DNA of 63,846 nucleotides, filler included, from Octopus bimaculoides (Eukaryota): NCBI RefSeq assembly GCF_001194135.2. It is 4 parts of 4 records of this genome, joined end to end, with 100 filler letters (N's around TTAATTAATTAA, not from the genome) between each part and the next. Parts side by side here need not be neighbours in the genome. Positions count along the whole stretch, not along the records: positions 37,934 to 59,743 come from NC_068983.1; positions 59,844 to 63,846 come from NC_068997.1; 2 more parts are not named here. One strand, given 5' to 3'. Position numbers and translations under genes: made by a program. The notes beneath the pieces are model-generated. The model worked only from the letters and a program-made list of their open reading frames with translations. It did not search any database and was not told the origin of the DNA. Shown here piece after piece: positions 48,601 to 61,657 of this stretch (within the stretch, counting starts at the first letter, position 1; each line of letters begins with the position of its first letter).

Positions 48601-50499
48601 CAATATATATTCGTTCTATCAATACAAAGAAACTAAAAGATTGTATGAAATGGTGAAATCGAAGCAGTTACTGCTGCCCTCCTCCTCCTCCCCCTCCCCT
48701 CAACGCTTTCAGCTGCTCTAGCTGCTAACCTCTTTTCTTCTTTCGCTTGTTTACCTTCTTTCTTTTTGCTATATTGTTTTCGTGTCTCTTCTTCCTTAAC
48801 TAGTATTTTTTATACATTTTTTATCTATCATTTCTTCAGTTCATTCCTAATTTGTTTCGCTATTTTTTCTTCAGTTCTTCAAAGCTTTTTTTTTTTTAAT
48901 TATGTTTCTTTCGCTAATAATTTATTTCTTACTGTCCGTCTCTTTCATTTTCTTTGTCTAACTCTTCTCTTGACCTAGTTTCTTCTTAAACAAGTTTGTG
49001 TATTTTTTAGTCTGATTTCTCTTTCTTTGTTTCTTTGCTATTTATTACAAATTTTATGTCTACCTTCCTGTCTTTATTTCTAACATTCATTCTTGTTTTT
49101 TTTCCTTTTTATTTCTCTCTTGTTTCAGGCTTTCATGTTTTGTTTATTCATTAATTTCAGGCTTTTTAATTTCTTCTTTTATGTTCTATTTTTTTCTTCT
49201 TTCAAGCATTCTTTTTTCTTGTTTTCAATCTGTTCTTTCTAATCACGCGAGGAACATTATCAACTGACAATTATTTCAAGGAGTCTTGAGTCAGCGTTTC
49301 ATTTTCAATTCGTGATTGGAACCGTTTGACTTTGAATGAATTACCAGTATATATCGACTGTAAATATAATATGGCGACAACATTAAAATTCTATATACCA
49401 ATCATCAGAATGAAATAATGCATTATATCCACCGATAATTACGAAGTATCAAACATTGAATACAACATTTACGAACGGACATAAAACTATACGATTCAAT
49501 CAGCAATTTAATGATTTCACATACAATCATGCCATGCTGGGCGCTGGGATGTTTTTCTTCAAAGATAGTCACGACTAACTCCCCTTGAATCAAATAGTTA
49601 CCGAGTTCTTCAGTATATCCATCAAATTTTCGTTGTCGATTCTAACGACTGTGAATTTTATGCTGTTCTAAAGCTGAGCTTTTTCTAATGCGTTAAGTCT
49701 ACTATTTTACTCATTTTTTCTTATTACTCATGCTTTTCCATTTTTGGCAGCAAGGAAAGTTTGCCATTTTCTTCTAGTCTCCTTCTCATCTTTCATTATG
49801 ATCAGGAGGCGCTTGTGGCAAATGAACATTCAGCGTCTATCCTCGTATCTACGTTTAATGTTGTTCTGTAAACATCAGACCCTGGGATATGGTATTTTTT
49901 ATTCCTCCGTGTAAAATTCTTCTATTTGTTCTTACTGACAAATCTATTACTCCAAATTTTATTTCTTGAGCCCATTGACTAAGGGTACGAGGATCAATGA
50001 AAATAGCCTCACTTAAAATAAACCCAGTGGTTCTTCCAAATATTATTTTGCGAAATTTGCAATTGTTCTCCAATTTTACTAAAACATTTACCGCTTTTTC
50101 CTCTACTGGTCAAATTCCTTAAACATCGAGGCACTCCCACTCGTAATATAACTGTCCAATGTATTTTTCCTTAGAACGGACTATTGCTTATGCCTGGTCA
50201 ATCATACTACCGAATTTGCTATTACATTTTGGCTGTCACAATTTGTTGCATGTTGAGATGCAAATATGTGATTTTATGCCTACCTTTGTAAATATTTTTC
50301 ATTTGTGTAATCATATTTTTTTACAATATTTGATATATTTGTATCCATGACTGAGTGAAACTGCTACCTCAGTATATCCCATGTTTACAAACATTACAGT
50401 AATAATGTTGTTTCTCATGTAGACACATGTTTAGTAATTGTTAATGGTGGTTACTCGATAGCTACGACATTAGTAATTAAGAAGTACTTTCTATTATCT

Positions 50500-51185
50500 A
50501 GACGGAAAGACGAAATGCATAACTTGAACTAGGAACGTAAATGAGACAGAACTTTGACTGTCTCCTACGTGAACGTAGTAAGCTAGCACAAAAAGAATAT
50601 AATCGCAGGCATGAATTTTTCCAGTGAAAGAGTGTATGGATTTGTTACAGTTAGATGACTGTACGCATTCAAAGTAATGGAAATCTTGTATGAATACGAG
50701 CGACAAGCGGTGATGATGAATTATAAATACAAGATATGGGATTTGTCCGTAAAATGTGACCACGATTTTGAAGCAAGGAGAAGAAATATGAATGTAGGAT
50801 GCATTAAGAAAAAATGAGAAAAGAAAGTGAAGGTGACGTGATATGATAAACTTTGCTATAGGATATGATAATAGGGCGGTTGCCAAAGAAATTTAGTAAC
50901 ATGAGAAATATCACAACCCAGGTAAAGAGTTCAAGAGGTTGTCGAAGAGAAACGCAATACTTGTTCCTTTGGTAATTGGTGCGCGTGGCGCAATTCACAG
51001 ACTGCTACATAGGAGGATGAAGTATATACGAATTGAAGCAAACTGAAGAGAGGCGCCCTCTTGTATTCTGTTAGAATCCTAAGAAAGATTCTGGAGATTT
51101 AAAGGAACATGTTTTCAGCAAATCTCAAGGCAAAACTCCTGTTAAGTAAATTAGCATTCAATAGATTTATAATAACGATTATAAT
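50500..51185 (+). mobile_element. Degraded R4/Dong-like RLE retrotransposon 3' end
   Basis: Fragments resembling IWDxxxKCD..EARR..V and LVPLVIGARGAI, with an AAT-rich tail; much older than the copy at 10790. Confidence 0.5.
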
Positions 51186-51650
51186 TTGTTTCCACTATAG
51201 GAGGAAAGCCTGATATTTTGCGGGAGGGGTCTACTCATTTACGTTGACCCCAGTGCTCAAATGGTACTTTATCTTATCGATTCCAAATGGATGAAAGACA
51301 AAATCGACCTCGGCGAGATTTCAACACAGAAGCCGGACGAAAAGTCAAAAAACATCTTTATTCGACGCTCTAACAATTCTGCTAGTCTGCTAGGTGATCT
51401 CTTTAATGATTACAATAATAAAAATTATGATGATAATAATAATATGTCTAGGTAATAAAAGCCGAGGGAAACGTTGGTTCGTTGATTTCTCTTGTCATAC
51501 TTTATATCGTAGGGAGGGAGAAGAGTGAATAAATGAGAAACAGGGAAGACTTGATAAACAGGTGTAGAATGAGTGGATACTGTGCTTGGTGGCAGACAAT
51601 AAGTAAATAAAGGATAGATTCAATATGCTATGCCTCTACCACACTTGTTT

Positions 51651-52342
51651 AGGTTATCTATATAGAAATTGTAACCGGCACTGACTTTTGCTACGACCAT
51701 TCGTATCCGAGACGCCAGATATAAACAAACAATGAGCTCGTAGATGAAAAATGCGTATATGCCATATTTTGGTAGCTTTTTTCTCCTTCATTGAGGCCCA
51801 TTCGACCTGTTAACCTTCCACGAACTCAATGCTTAAATAGCCTCTAAATACAGGAGTGCAACGTTATTGGATATGCCAATGTTATATATTAAACACATCC
51901 CTGGAATCTGGTGCGTAAATATTAATGGCTTGCAGGCAGGCGCTATTTCGTTATGCAATGATAATACACTATTAAGTATATTAAACGTTTTTATAGGTCA
52001 ATACCGTGTTTTACTGTGTTACATCATTTGTGTAGGTTATCTCTACAGATATCCTATAGAAATTATAACTAACACTGATTTTGGCTACAGTGTTTCGTAT
52101 ACGAGACGCCAGATGTAAACAAACAATGAAATCGAAGATGAAAAATAGGTAATGGGCATATTTGCTATATTTTGGGAGTTTTTACTCCTTCATCAGCACC
52201 CATCCAACCCATTAATATCCAAGAACATATTTTTACATCTTCGATCTCACTCATTGTTTACGCTTGGCGTCTCGGATATGAAACGTCGTAGCAAAAATAA
52301 GTGTTGGCTATAATTTCTATAGGATATCCGTAGAGATAACCT
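51651..52342. mobile_element. MITE with about 80-bp TIRs (52034-52342) plus an extra direct copy of its left end (from 51651)
   Basis: aggttatct...tatagaaatt...cgagacgccagat at 51651 and 52034, and inverted, ending at 52342. Confidence 0.75.
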
Positions 52343-52401
52343 TGACTGGTGGTGTAAACCAGACTCTGTGTGGTGGGGGAGCTGCGTGTGTGTGTGTGCG
52401 T

Positions 52402-52650
52402 GTGAAGGCACGTGGATTAGAAGTTAGGGTGTTGGACTCATGATCGTAAGATTGTCGTTTCGATTCCTGGATCCAGCGACGCGTTGTGTTCTTGGGCAAA
52501 CCACTTTATTTCGCGTTGCTCCTGTCCAATCAACAGGCAAAAATGAGTAATCTTGCGATAGACCGGCGTCCCGTCTAGGTGTGGGATTTATACGCCATGA
52601 TACCGGGAAAACGGCCCCTGTGAGTCAGTATGACTCGAGAAGGTAACTTT
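52402..52650 (+). mobile_element. tRNA-derived SINE with CORE-like and V-like central segments
   Basis: tRNA-like head, gtgttcttgggcaaaccacttt, and gcgatagaccggcgtcccgtctagg. Confidence 0.55.
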
Positions 52651-53689
52651 GCCGTTACTATATATACCTTTACTATACATGTATGTATGTGTGTGCGTCT
52701 GTGTGTGTGTGTGATGAATCGCTATTCACTGAGGCTGCTGCAGCTGCTGCTGCTTAAGAATTATATTCATTTTTTTTTTTTGCTTAGTTACTTTATTGTA
52801 CCTATGTCCTCCTATCAACTCTTCCTTCCATCGATATTTCGCTTTTTTTCATAACATATTTCGTTTTTCGTTTCTTTATTCCTTCACCCATTCCTTTGTG
52901 TCATTGATTTGCTTCCATATTTAAAAAAAAAAAATATTTTTTTTTTGCTTCCTTCTTTAGTTTTTCTTTTAATTCAATATTACATGGTGTTGTTATCTAT
53001 TTCTCTTGCCGATATTGCTGCTGTTGTTACTTGTTATTATTGTCATATGAAAATGTAAGCAGCCATTGAATATAGTTTTTTTCCTCTTGTACTTGCTGTC
53101 TCTATCGATATGAAATACATTAAATTGACAATTGATATATGCATCCAGCGTGTTGCAGCTGCCTGTTGTTGATTTATTCTGCAATGCAATTTTTCACCGA
53201 TATTAACATAATGTTAAGATTTTACTTCATTCAATTCCTCCCCTGCAATCATCATACAAATTTTACGTTTCCTTTAATTCTTTTTCCTTGTTCTGCAAGT
53301 TACAATTCTTCATCGGCTATTTATATCTTTCTGCGTTATAGCATTGTCCATTCCATTTGTTTGTGTGTCGGTCTATCTATAAATACGTTTTTCAATATGT
53401 CTTCCCATCTTGAAAACTTTGAAATCGTTTTTGAGAAAGATTTGGATGTTGTTTCTACCAGACTGAGCAACAACATAGATGTCTCCGCGTTGATTCACTA
53501 TTAAACTCTACCTTTATTGTTAGTCTGGGGCTTTGACTTTAGTAGTGTTACTGATATATGTTGTTGTTGATACAGGAGGACCTGTAGTGTCTTTCGAGAA
53601 ACCCCACAATCCATGATGTCCTTAAACACCAAGGGAAGATGCTCTTTCCAGTTCCTTTCTCCAACTTACAGGCCTAAACTTAGAGCCAC

Positions 53690-54245
53690 TCTTGCCATTT
53701 TTCCCACTGTTCAAATTTTGGCACAAGGTCAGACATTTTGGAAGAGGTGTTAAATCGGTTATCTCGACCCCAGTGTTTTGCCGGTACTTATTTTTTCGAT
53801 CCATAAGTGATGAAATGCGAAGTCGGCTCCGGCGGAATTTCAACCCAGAACGTAGAAATGGACGAGATGCCGTTAAGCACCTTGACGACATGCTTGATGA
53901 TGATGATGATGATAACAATGATAATTTCTACTATAGACACAAGGCCTGAAATTTTCGGGAAGGTGTAAATCGATTACATCGACCCCAGGACTCAACTGGT
54001 ACTTAATTTATCAACCCCGTAAGGATGAAAGGCGAAGTTGACCTCAGGGAAATCTGAACTCAGACGGTAGAAATGGACGAAATCTCGCTAAGCATTTGCC
54101 GGCGTGCTTAAAATAGTAGTAGTAGTAGTAGTAGTAGTAGTAGCATTAATAGTTTCAAACTTTGGCACAAGACCAATAATTCGAAGGAGAAATAGTTAAT
54201 CGATTTCATCGAGCCCAGTACCTGAGAAGTACTTCATTTCATCGC
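53690..54245 (-). mobile_element. Cluster of three same-orientation SINE copies or fragments
   Basis: ttcaaattttggcacaagg..., gacacaaggcctgaaatttt... and ttcaaactttggcacaagacc..., each homologous to 989-1198; separated by (GAT)n and (TAG)n. Confidence 0.7.
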
Positions 54246-54740
54246 CTTCAATATTCAATAAATAATACAGCAAACATCTGTTATGCTGTCTAGGACTGAC
54301 TAGTTGGTAAGATTTTAAATATATGACATAATTTAGCATAGTCTAATATTAATCCATTTCTGAATATTATGTTTGCTTCTATAGAATCCGAATTATATCG
54401 AGCTAAAAATTTAAAATAGTTTTATGAATTTTATCATTTTGCCGATGGTGGAGGCTCGAAATATGATGTCTTTCACCAAATGAACTAATAATGGATTAAA
54501 AGATTTTTAGAATCTAAAATGCAAGCTACTGGTTGTATTTTCTTGTGTTATCTCTACTGATAGTGTTTGGGGATTTGTATATTATCTGTATTATTATTTT
54601 TGAACATGCAAAAAAATATATACACAATACATACACTGATGCACACACACACACACACACACGCATATGTATATATGTGTGTGCGTATATATATNNNNNN
54701 NNNNNNNNNNNNNNNNNNNNNNNNNNNNNNNNNNNNNNNN

Positions 54741-54812
<72 letters not shown>

Positions 54813-54894
54813 TACATATATATAATTATATATACCCGTATGGCTATACTGGTTTTTGCATGTATCTGCAAAACAATATAATACCTTAAAAATA

Positions 54895-55094
54895 CACGAG
54901 CTTTTGGGTAAAAGAAAATGCAGGAGGATAGGCTAATTATGCTTTTATCCAACATATCCTCCTCTCCGATCCACACACTTATTGTAGCGGTCCTTCAGTT
55001 TTTTAACCCCTGTAAAAGAACTCGTAAAGTTGGGCCACCAACCAGGCCTTTCGCGACACTCTTAAAACCAAGAACTTTTCAGCACTCAATCATA
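54895..55094. mobile_element. Mariner-derived MITE with a partly deleted left TIR
   Basis: Homologous to 60537-60755 along its length; right end agaacttttcagcactc. Confidence 0.7.
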
Positions 55095-55262
55095 TATGAC
55101 TATACTACTATGTATAATCCATATGACTTGTCTTGCCCGACTTCGTATGGAGGCATAGAAGAGCGGCCTGAACAAATGGCATGTCTTCAGTAGTCTTAAG
55201 CCTCGTAGAGATCGTCCTTTTCCCAATTTGTCGTCAGTCGATTTCTTTCTGAGAGAGAGAGA

Positions 55263-55301
<39 letters not shown>

Positions 55302-57721
55302 CGAGAAAGAGAGATACAGACGGGGGTAGAGAAAGAGATGAAAGAGCGATAGTCGGAGAAAGAATTGACTCTAGCATAAGGGCCGTACCTTACCCATCGA
55401 CCCGCGAAGGGATAGCAGACAATCTTAATCTCGGCATTATTGGAACTCAGGTCGTATTTGGAAAGGTTTGTCATATAAAGATTTTAGTTTCCCCGCTGTG
55501 GGCTTCGTAAAATAACGTTAACAGCGAGGCTCCGAGAACACTCTCTAAGATTAAATGTGAATCTCTGTTTAAACGTATCAAATTATTGGACTGCAACACT
55601 TTAGATTTAATCTTGCCTGTATATAGAAAATACAAAAGCAAGGCTAGCTCTAATGCGCAGCAGTCCAATGTTAGTTTAGCTGGCCGAAACTTTGAAGTTA
55701 CTGCCAACAACATTCTTGTATTAGAATTCAGAATAATAAATGTGTACGCTACAAACGTATAGAGTAACCCATCAGCCATTGGATTAATGTAAAATCATCT
55801 TTATTATAAATGAACATGAAAAAACATATATGTGCCAGCACATGTGTGACTGTAGATATGCTTGTTTATGTTGCATATATATATATATATATATAAAAAT
55901 AATACAGAATGGGACAAGAACGCAAAACATCCATGGCGTACGTACACCGTGTCACTTATATATATATATATATATATATGCAACATGCACAAGCCTATGT
56001 ACAGGCACACATGTGCTGGCACATACACACCTGTAAGAAAGAAAGAGAGACGGATTTGTTTTACCGGTGATGATCTTTTACTAATCTGTGAAATCTAGTT
56101 TACACGGTTATAATTTTACGACATCCATCCGTTTTACTTCAATATTATGTAATTCTCCCATTATATTTGTGGAATTCATTTATTTTATGTTTCCCCAGTT
56201 ATTTAAATAATAACATTAAAATGAGAAACAGCAGATACAATCATTGTTTTCAATTTCAACTATCCATTAAGCTATTCGCTGTTTATGGATGCAGATTCTA
56301 AGCATTGAAACATTTGCTTTTGAACAGGCAATATCGATAATGATGAAATTATAGTGAATGCTATCTAGTGTACATGTTTTGCAGTTTTACTGTATGCCTT
56401 ATCGTCATAAGGACAGATGAATTATATTTTGTGCGAGACATATGCATCTAAGTCTCGCATACACATTCGGCTTGTTTTGAAGCAACGTCCTCTGGCTATG
56501 TAATGTCAATTGCATAATTTGAAAGACGGCTGTTTTACTTGTAAATCCTAATTTAATGAATTAGCAACGACGGAAAGTAATGCGGACCCCCCCCCCAGAA
56601 AAGTAAAAAGAAGATAAAGCAATACTAAGATTGTTACATGTTATAATAGACAATAGTTTTAATGAATGTAAAACAGTTGTATTGGGAATTTAATGAAAAT
56701 AATATAAAATGATAATAGGAATGCTGAAGAATGTGAAACCACTGGTGCAGTTGTGTGGTAAGAAGCGCGCTTTCTAAGCACATGACTGAAGGTTCAGTTC
56801 CCTTACATGTCACCTAGGGCAAGTATCTTCTACTGTAGCCCCGGGCCAACCGAGGCTTTGCGAGTGGACTTGGTCGAAGAAAACACATATATAGTTGTAT
56901 GTATGTGTGTATGTATGTATGTATGTATGTATGCATGTATGTATGTATGTGCGTTTATCCCTCACCTCTACTTTACAACCAGTGTTGGTTCGGTTACCTC
57001 TTTATAACTTACCGGTTCAACAAAAGAGACCGATAGAATTCGTGCCGGGATTAAAACACAAAGTGCTGCGTTCGATTTGTTCGACTAAACCCTCCAAGGC
57101 GGTGCCCCAGTATGACTGCAGTTAAATGACCGAACTAAGTTGAGAAGAAAAAGAGACCTTTATTTGATTCTACTTCGAGGATAATATTTGAATCATAATA
57201 AGTAACTTAAATGTATTTGTGTATAACAATACTTGAAAATGCATGTGCAATTAGACGAAAAGAAAACATTGCTCCCGCTGATTTTTGAGATCCAGATCAG
57301 ATTTGACTGAAGTATTTACTTCCCATCTACATAGGGGACTACATTTATGAGAGCATACCTATATATAAATCCTAATTTAAAATCCTTTTTACTAATATGA
57401 AATAATGTTGCTCTCACTAAGAACCGAAAGCATTTGGGGTGGGGTGGGATCTCTCTTTCGTAACAGAAAATTCCTAATGTATTTTATTTTCCAAAAAAGG
57501 GAAAGAACATTCTTTTCTTGTGAATCCATAGGAATTAAGGACGGTTACAAAATAAAATATAAGTTCATTAACGAATGACTGTTTATGACTTATGAACGGT
57601 ATGGTTATAATTGTATCATGGTATATATATATATATATATATATACTTGTAAAAATATGTGACACTTATCTCTTCAGTTATCCGGCCATTGAAAATTCGT
57701 GTCAAAAATTGTCAATGGACG

Positions 57722-57782
57722 GAAAACTGAAGAGATGTTGGCGTGGATTCCCACCCCGGCATTCGAAACTCGGAGTTTTATC
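57722..57782 (+). ncRNA. Type I hammerhead ribozyme-like motif with intact core
   Basis: gaaaa-CTGAAGA-long stem II (gatgttggcgtgg/ccaccccggcattc)-GAAA-CTC-g-GAG-TT-ttatc; homologous to 17713-17783, including the downstream flank. Confidence 0.65.
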
Positions 57783-58849
57783 ATGGCTACCGAATAAGTG
57801 TCACATATTTTTACATATAAATTCCTCTATTTACATAATATCGTGGTCTCTTTCTTTTGTTTTCCTTTCTATCAATATATATATATATATGATTATTGTT
57901 TCTTATCACATACACACTTATATGCACACACATATTTACAAACACACACACACAAATATACACTCATATTTATTTATATATATATATTTATATATGGAAA
58001 GTCGAAACGATTCGATTCTCCTCAGTGCGCCAAATTACACGTTCGCCATTACTAATTCAACTTGGTATGCAAATAAAGACTAGACTTTATTATATATTTG
58101 TGGTAATGGCTACGTGGTTTTGAAGTTAAATGATTTAGGCAAAGTTTGTATTTCTTGCTATAAATAGCATATATTTTGGGAAACTTTAATAATAACCTTC
58201 TGCGGACACGTGGTTCTATAGGTGTTAGAAAGAAAACAAAAAGAGTATATGACATTAGCGTATTGTCGAAAGTATGTGAAATGAAGCAGTTCAAATTGAA
58301 AATCGAAATTTACTACGGCTTTGCAATACTTTTCCATTAAAAAAAAAACAGTTGGCTTAGTCTTTTCTTTACACATGCGTGCATCTTCAGAAATTTTAAG
58401 AGGAAGAAAATTGGAAATTACTATGTTCAAGAAATAAAATATATATCAATATACCTTGAGGAAGCGATACTGCGTGCCACAGGAAAGGAAAGAAAGCAAT
58501 ACGAAGAGAAAAAAGAGAGAGGGTGGTTAGAGAGAGCCATGAAGAGGAAATCGTGCGCCTATGTTTGTGTTTGGTGTATATGATACGACCATGAATTTCA
58601 GCAAAAATAATTTCTATAATGTCTATCTTTTACAAGCTCTAAAACAGCCTGACGCAAATTATACCTACTAAGGTAATGCTAAGAAAGAACCTGGATAATG
58701 AAATGTTGGTACATTTGAACCATTATGTACTGAGTATATCGGTTATTCTAATATGGGTCTTTTGTTTATGTCGTGTCTCTCTCCAAATTTCCCCGCGGTG
58801 AAGTGTCTTGTTGGTTAAAGCCAAATGTGATACTAAGACGAAAGTGTGG

Positions 58850-59130
58850 ACAAATAATGAAAATGTAACGAAGTCACAGCTAAAATATATCCAGATCCTA
58901 ACACGGTGGCTGCCAAACTTTCTCAGGCTACTGATCCCTTGGAACTTACGCCATTTTCCAAGCCTTACCAACCATTCATCATCAAAAACACAGACCACTT
59001 TCTGCAGAAAATTCAAAACAACTATTTAACAAATAAAGCATAATCTAACTAACCTACGATTTTGTCGCTTTTACATCCATCGCCACCCTATTATCCTCCA
59101 CTTTTCTTCAACGCCCCCACCACTATCACC
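58850..59130 (+). mobile_element. Degraded Penelope-like reverse transcriptase fragment
   Basis: AKLSQ..D...KPYQPFIIKNTDHFLQKIQ and TYDF resemble PLE RT LS..LD..LKP....IKDT.DFL.KL...T.DV.SLY. Confidence 0.5.
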
Positions 59131-59701
59131 TGGAATTTTGCACTGTCACCTTGGGAACTACTGGTCTAACCTATGCAAGAAATAAGGAGGAATGCTTATC
59201 TGAACGCAATACTTTGATGAACGATAGCGACATCTGCTATTTCTGTTCTACAACGATCTTGTAGATGCAATCAAAATATTCGTTACTTGCCTAACATTTG
59301 GATGTTTAAACCTTAATTATTCATATATCTTGCTTAACAGAAAACAAGTCCTTCTAACGTTTGGAATTTATTGACTATATATATGTGACGTTTAATGTAG
59401 TGTTCGTACTTGACCATGCACTTGTGTGCTTTTGTGTTTGTACATGATTAAGTGTGTGTTCGTGTGGGACGTCTACTTGTGTGTGAGTATGGGTTTATCA
59501 CTCACAGAAAAATACGCACAAACATTCTGTACAATATGTAGGGTGTATTTTAAGATGAGAGCATCAAATTGGTATCGAATTTTATTCTCTAAAATACAAT
59601 AAGAATGATGTACACGTATATATTAAAAGAAATTAACTTACACACGCTCGCAAGAATTATATATTATATATACATAATACACCCCCCCATACACACACAC
59701 G

Positions 59702-59743
<42 letters not shown>

Positions 59744-59843
59744 NNNNNNNNNNNNNNNNNNNNNNNNNNNNNNNNNNNNNNNNNNNNTTAATTAATTAAN
59801 NNNNNNNNNNNNNNNNNNNNNNNNNNNNNNNNNNNNNNNNNNN
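59744..59843. other. Artificial scaffold-join spacer
   Basis: 44 N + TTAATTAATTAA + 44 N. Confidence 0.95.
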
Positions 59844-60117
59844 AAATTTTTTTAAAATTAATAAATTAGTATTTCAGTGTCTAAAAAAATTTTTTTTATA
59901 CGCAACAGACTGTACTCACTTTTTTCTATATGCCTGTCTAAATGAAGTATTGTTTCATCTTCTGTGATTTTGTGCATCCGTATTCTATGTATAGAAAAAG
60001 CATTATGTTTCTTTATATGCGATTAAATGTTCGAGATGTGATATATTAAGTGGATGACCTTAAATTTGTTGTTTGTTCTACAACCAAAGTTTGTTATATA
60101 TATATATATACTTATAT

Positions 60118-60149
<32 letters not shown>

Positions 60150-60536
60150 GCATTCTGCTCTACCACAGAAGTGACCAGCTGACTAACAACAACAAGCAAA
60201 CGAGAAAGTCTTAATGCAAATACTCAACCTCAAAGATATAGCAACCAAATTTCTCCCAAATCACAACTTAAATATTTGAAAATTTAGTCCAAGTTCTACA
60301 AGTAGGACAATGTCACAGCTGAAAGGCCATTGATCATAGTTCTTCTCAGTGAGATCTGTCCTGGGGCTAAACAACAACAGCAAGAACACAATCCAAACAA
60401 ACAGGATCCTCCATGTAGTCCCAGTCATGAAGGGTCCACAATGGCCTTGGAGCAATTTTGATTATAAGTCTACTTGATCACAGTTGATCTGTAGCTAAAC
60501 AACAAGAACTACAACAACAACAGTAAATAATCGATA

Positions 60537-60755
60537 TACGAGGGGGGGTGCTGAAAAGTTCCTGGCTTTGGGTAAAAGAAAATACAAGAAGATCAGTTAA
60601 TTATGATTTTATTCAACATATTCCGCTCTCAGATTCAAACACTTATTGCAGCGGTCCTTTAGTTTTTCAAAGCTCTGTAAAAACTTGGAGGGTTGGGCCT
60701 CCAACCAGGCCTTTCGTGATGCCCTTAAGGCCAGGAACTTTTCAGCACTCTGTCA
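60537..60755. mobile_element. Mariner-derived MITE in an ACP7-like intron
   Basis: TA + cgagggggggtgctgaaaagttcctggc ... gccaggaacttttcagcactc TIRs; ends about 20 nt from the splice donor. Confidence 0.8.
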
Positions 60756-60776
60756 CGGATAGAGAACCATAATTAC

Positions 60777-60926
60777 CTGTCCACCATTGTCTTCCAAGTT
60801 GTAAGCAAAATCTCCAATATGGAAGAAGGCAGAATATTTGCCAGACAATGCTTCATTGGTTAGAATGGGATGAATGAGGGATTCCACTCCAAGATCACCA
60901 AACAGGAGAAACGAAGGGGACCATTC
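60777..60926 (-). CDS. ACP7: Purple acid phosphatase (ACP7/PAPL-like) exon with metal-binding motifs DxG and GDxxY
   Basis: ttttcaacag|EWSPSFLLFGDLGVESLIHPILTNEALSGKYSAFFHIGDFAYNLEDNGGQ|gtaatt; 150 nt, phase 0/0. Confidence 0.92.
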
Positions 60927-61567
60927 CTGTTGAAAAGACAATGAATAATACAATGGCTGTATATGTGAGCATGTCTGAGTGGTTATAGATTTGGATATAT
61001 TTTTTTTTGTGCATTTGTATATTTTTAAGTGTGTATCTGTTGGTATGAAGTGTTTTGTTCAATGCTCTAATCACTGAGCCGTATGCCTCCACATAACTTC
61101 TTCCCATCAATTCCACACACGAAACGTTGGCTAATGCAACGCTGTAATAAACATCAAACTTGCCCAGAATGTATTTGAACCCCAAACCACAAGGCTGCAA
61201 AGCAAAGTTCTTAAGCGCACTGCTATGCCTGCACCTATATATGCTTATTATAATTTGTCTACAATGTGTATGTGTGTGTGTGTGCATGCGTGTGTGTATG
61301 ACATGTACAGACAGACATAATAAGGATTAAATCATTTTAGACAAATCCTCTTCATACCCCATACACTATACACACACTTGCACCATACACATACACATAA
61401 GCACCCCCCCACACACACACACAAATTCATTGTACTTGATGTTATATTAGAACCCTAAGTATAATCTATCATCAAACTTTAATGAATAGATCATTAATCC
61501 ATTAATTTGACATGCTGGTGCACACACACACACACATAAATAAATACAAAAAAAAAGGTCTACTTAC

Positions 61568-61657
61568 ATTGCCCTTTGGTGGTGTTTTAAAGTAGGCAGG
61601 AGTCACCATTTTACTGTTGACTATACTGTAATAGTATGTTGCATTTGGTTTAAGGTT
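61568..61657 (-). CDS. ACP7: Purple acid phosphatase (ACP7-like) exon, end of the N-terminal FN3-like domain
   Basis: ttcatgttccag|NLKPNATYYYSIVNSKMVTPAYFKTPPKGN|gtaagt; 90 nt, phase 0/0, in frame with both neighbours; LKPxxxYYY and FxTxP are PAP N-domain motifs. Confidence 0.9.

Noticed and set aside
59900-59990. Minus-strand segment ending in a gtgagt donor, tested as the next ACP7 exon
   Set aside because: The open frame (IRMHKITEDETILHLDRHIEK) has the wrong phase and no similarity to the expected GDxFM...PYM...GNHE.
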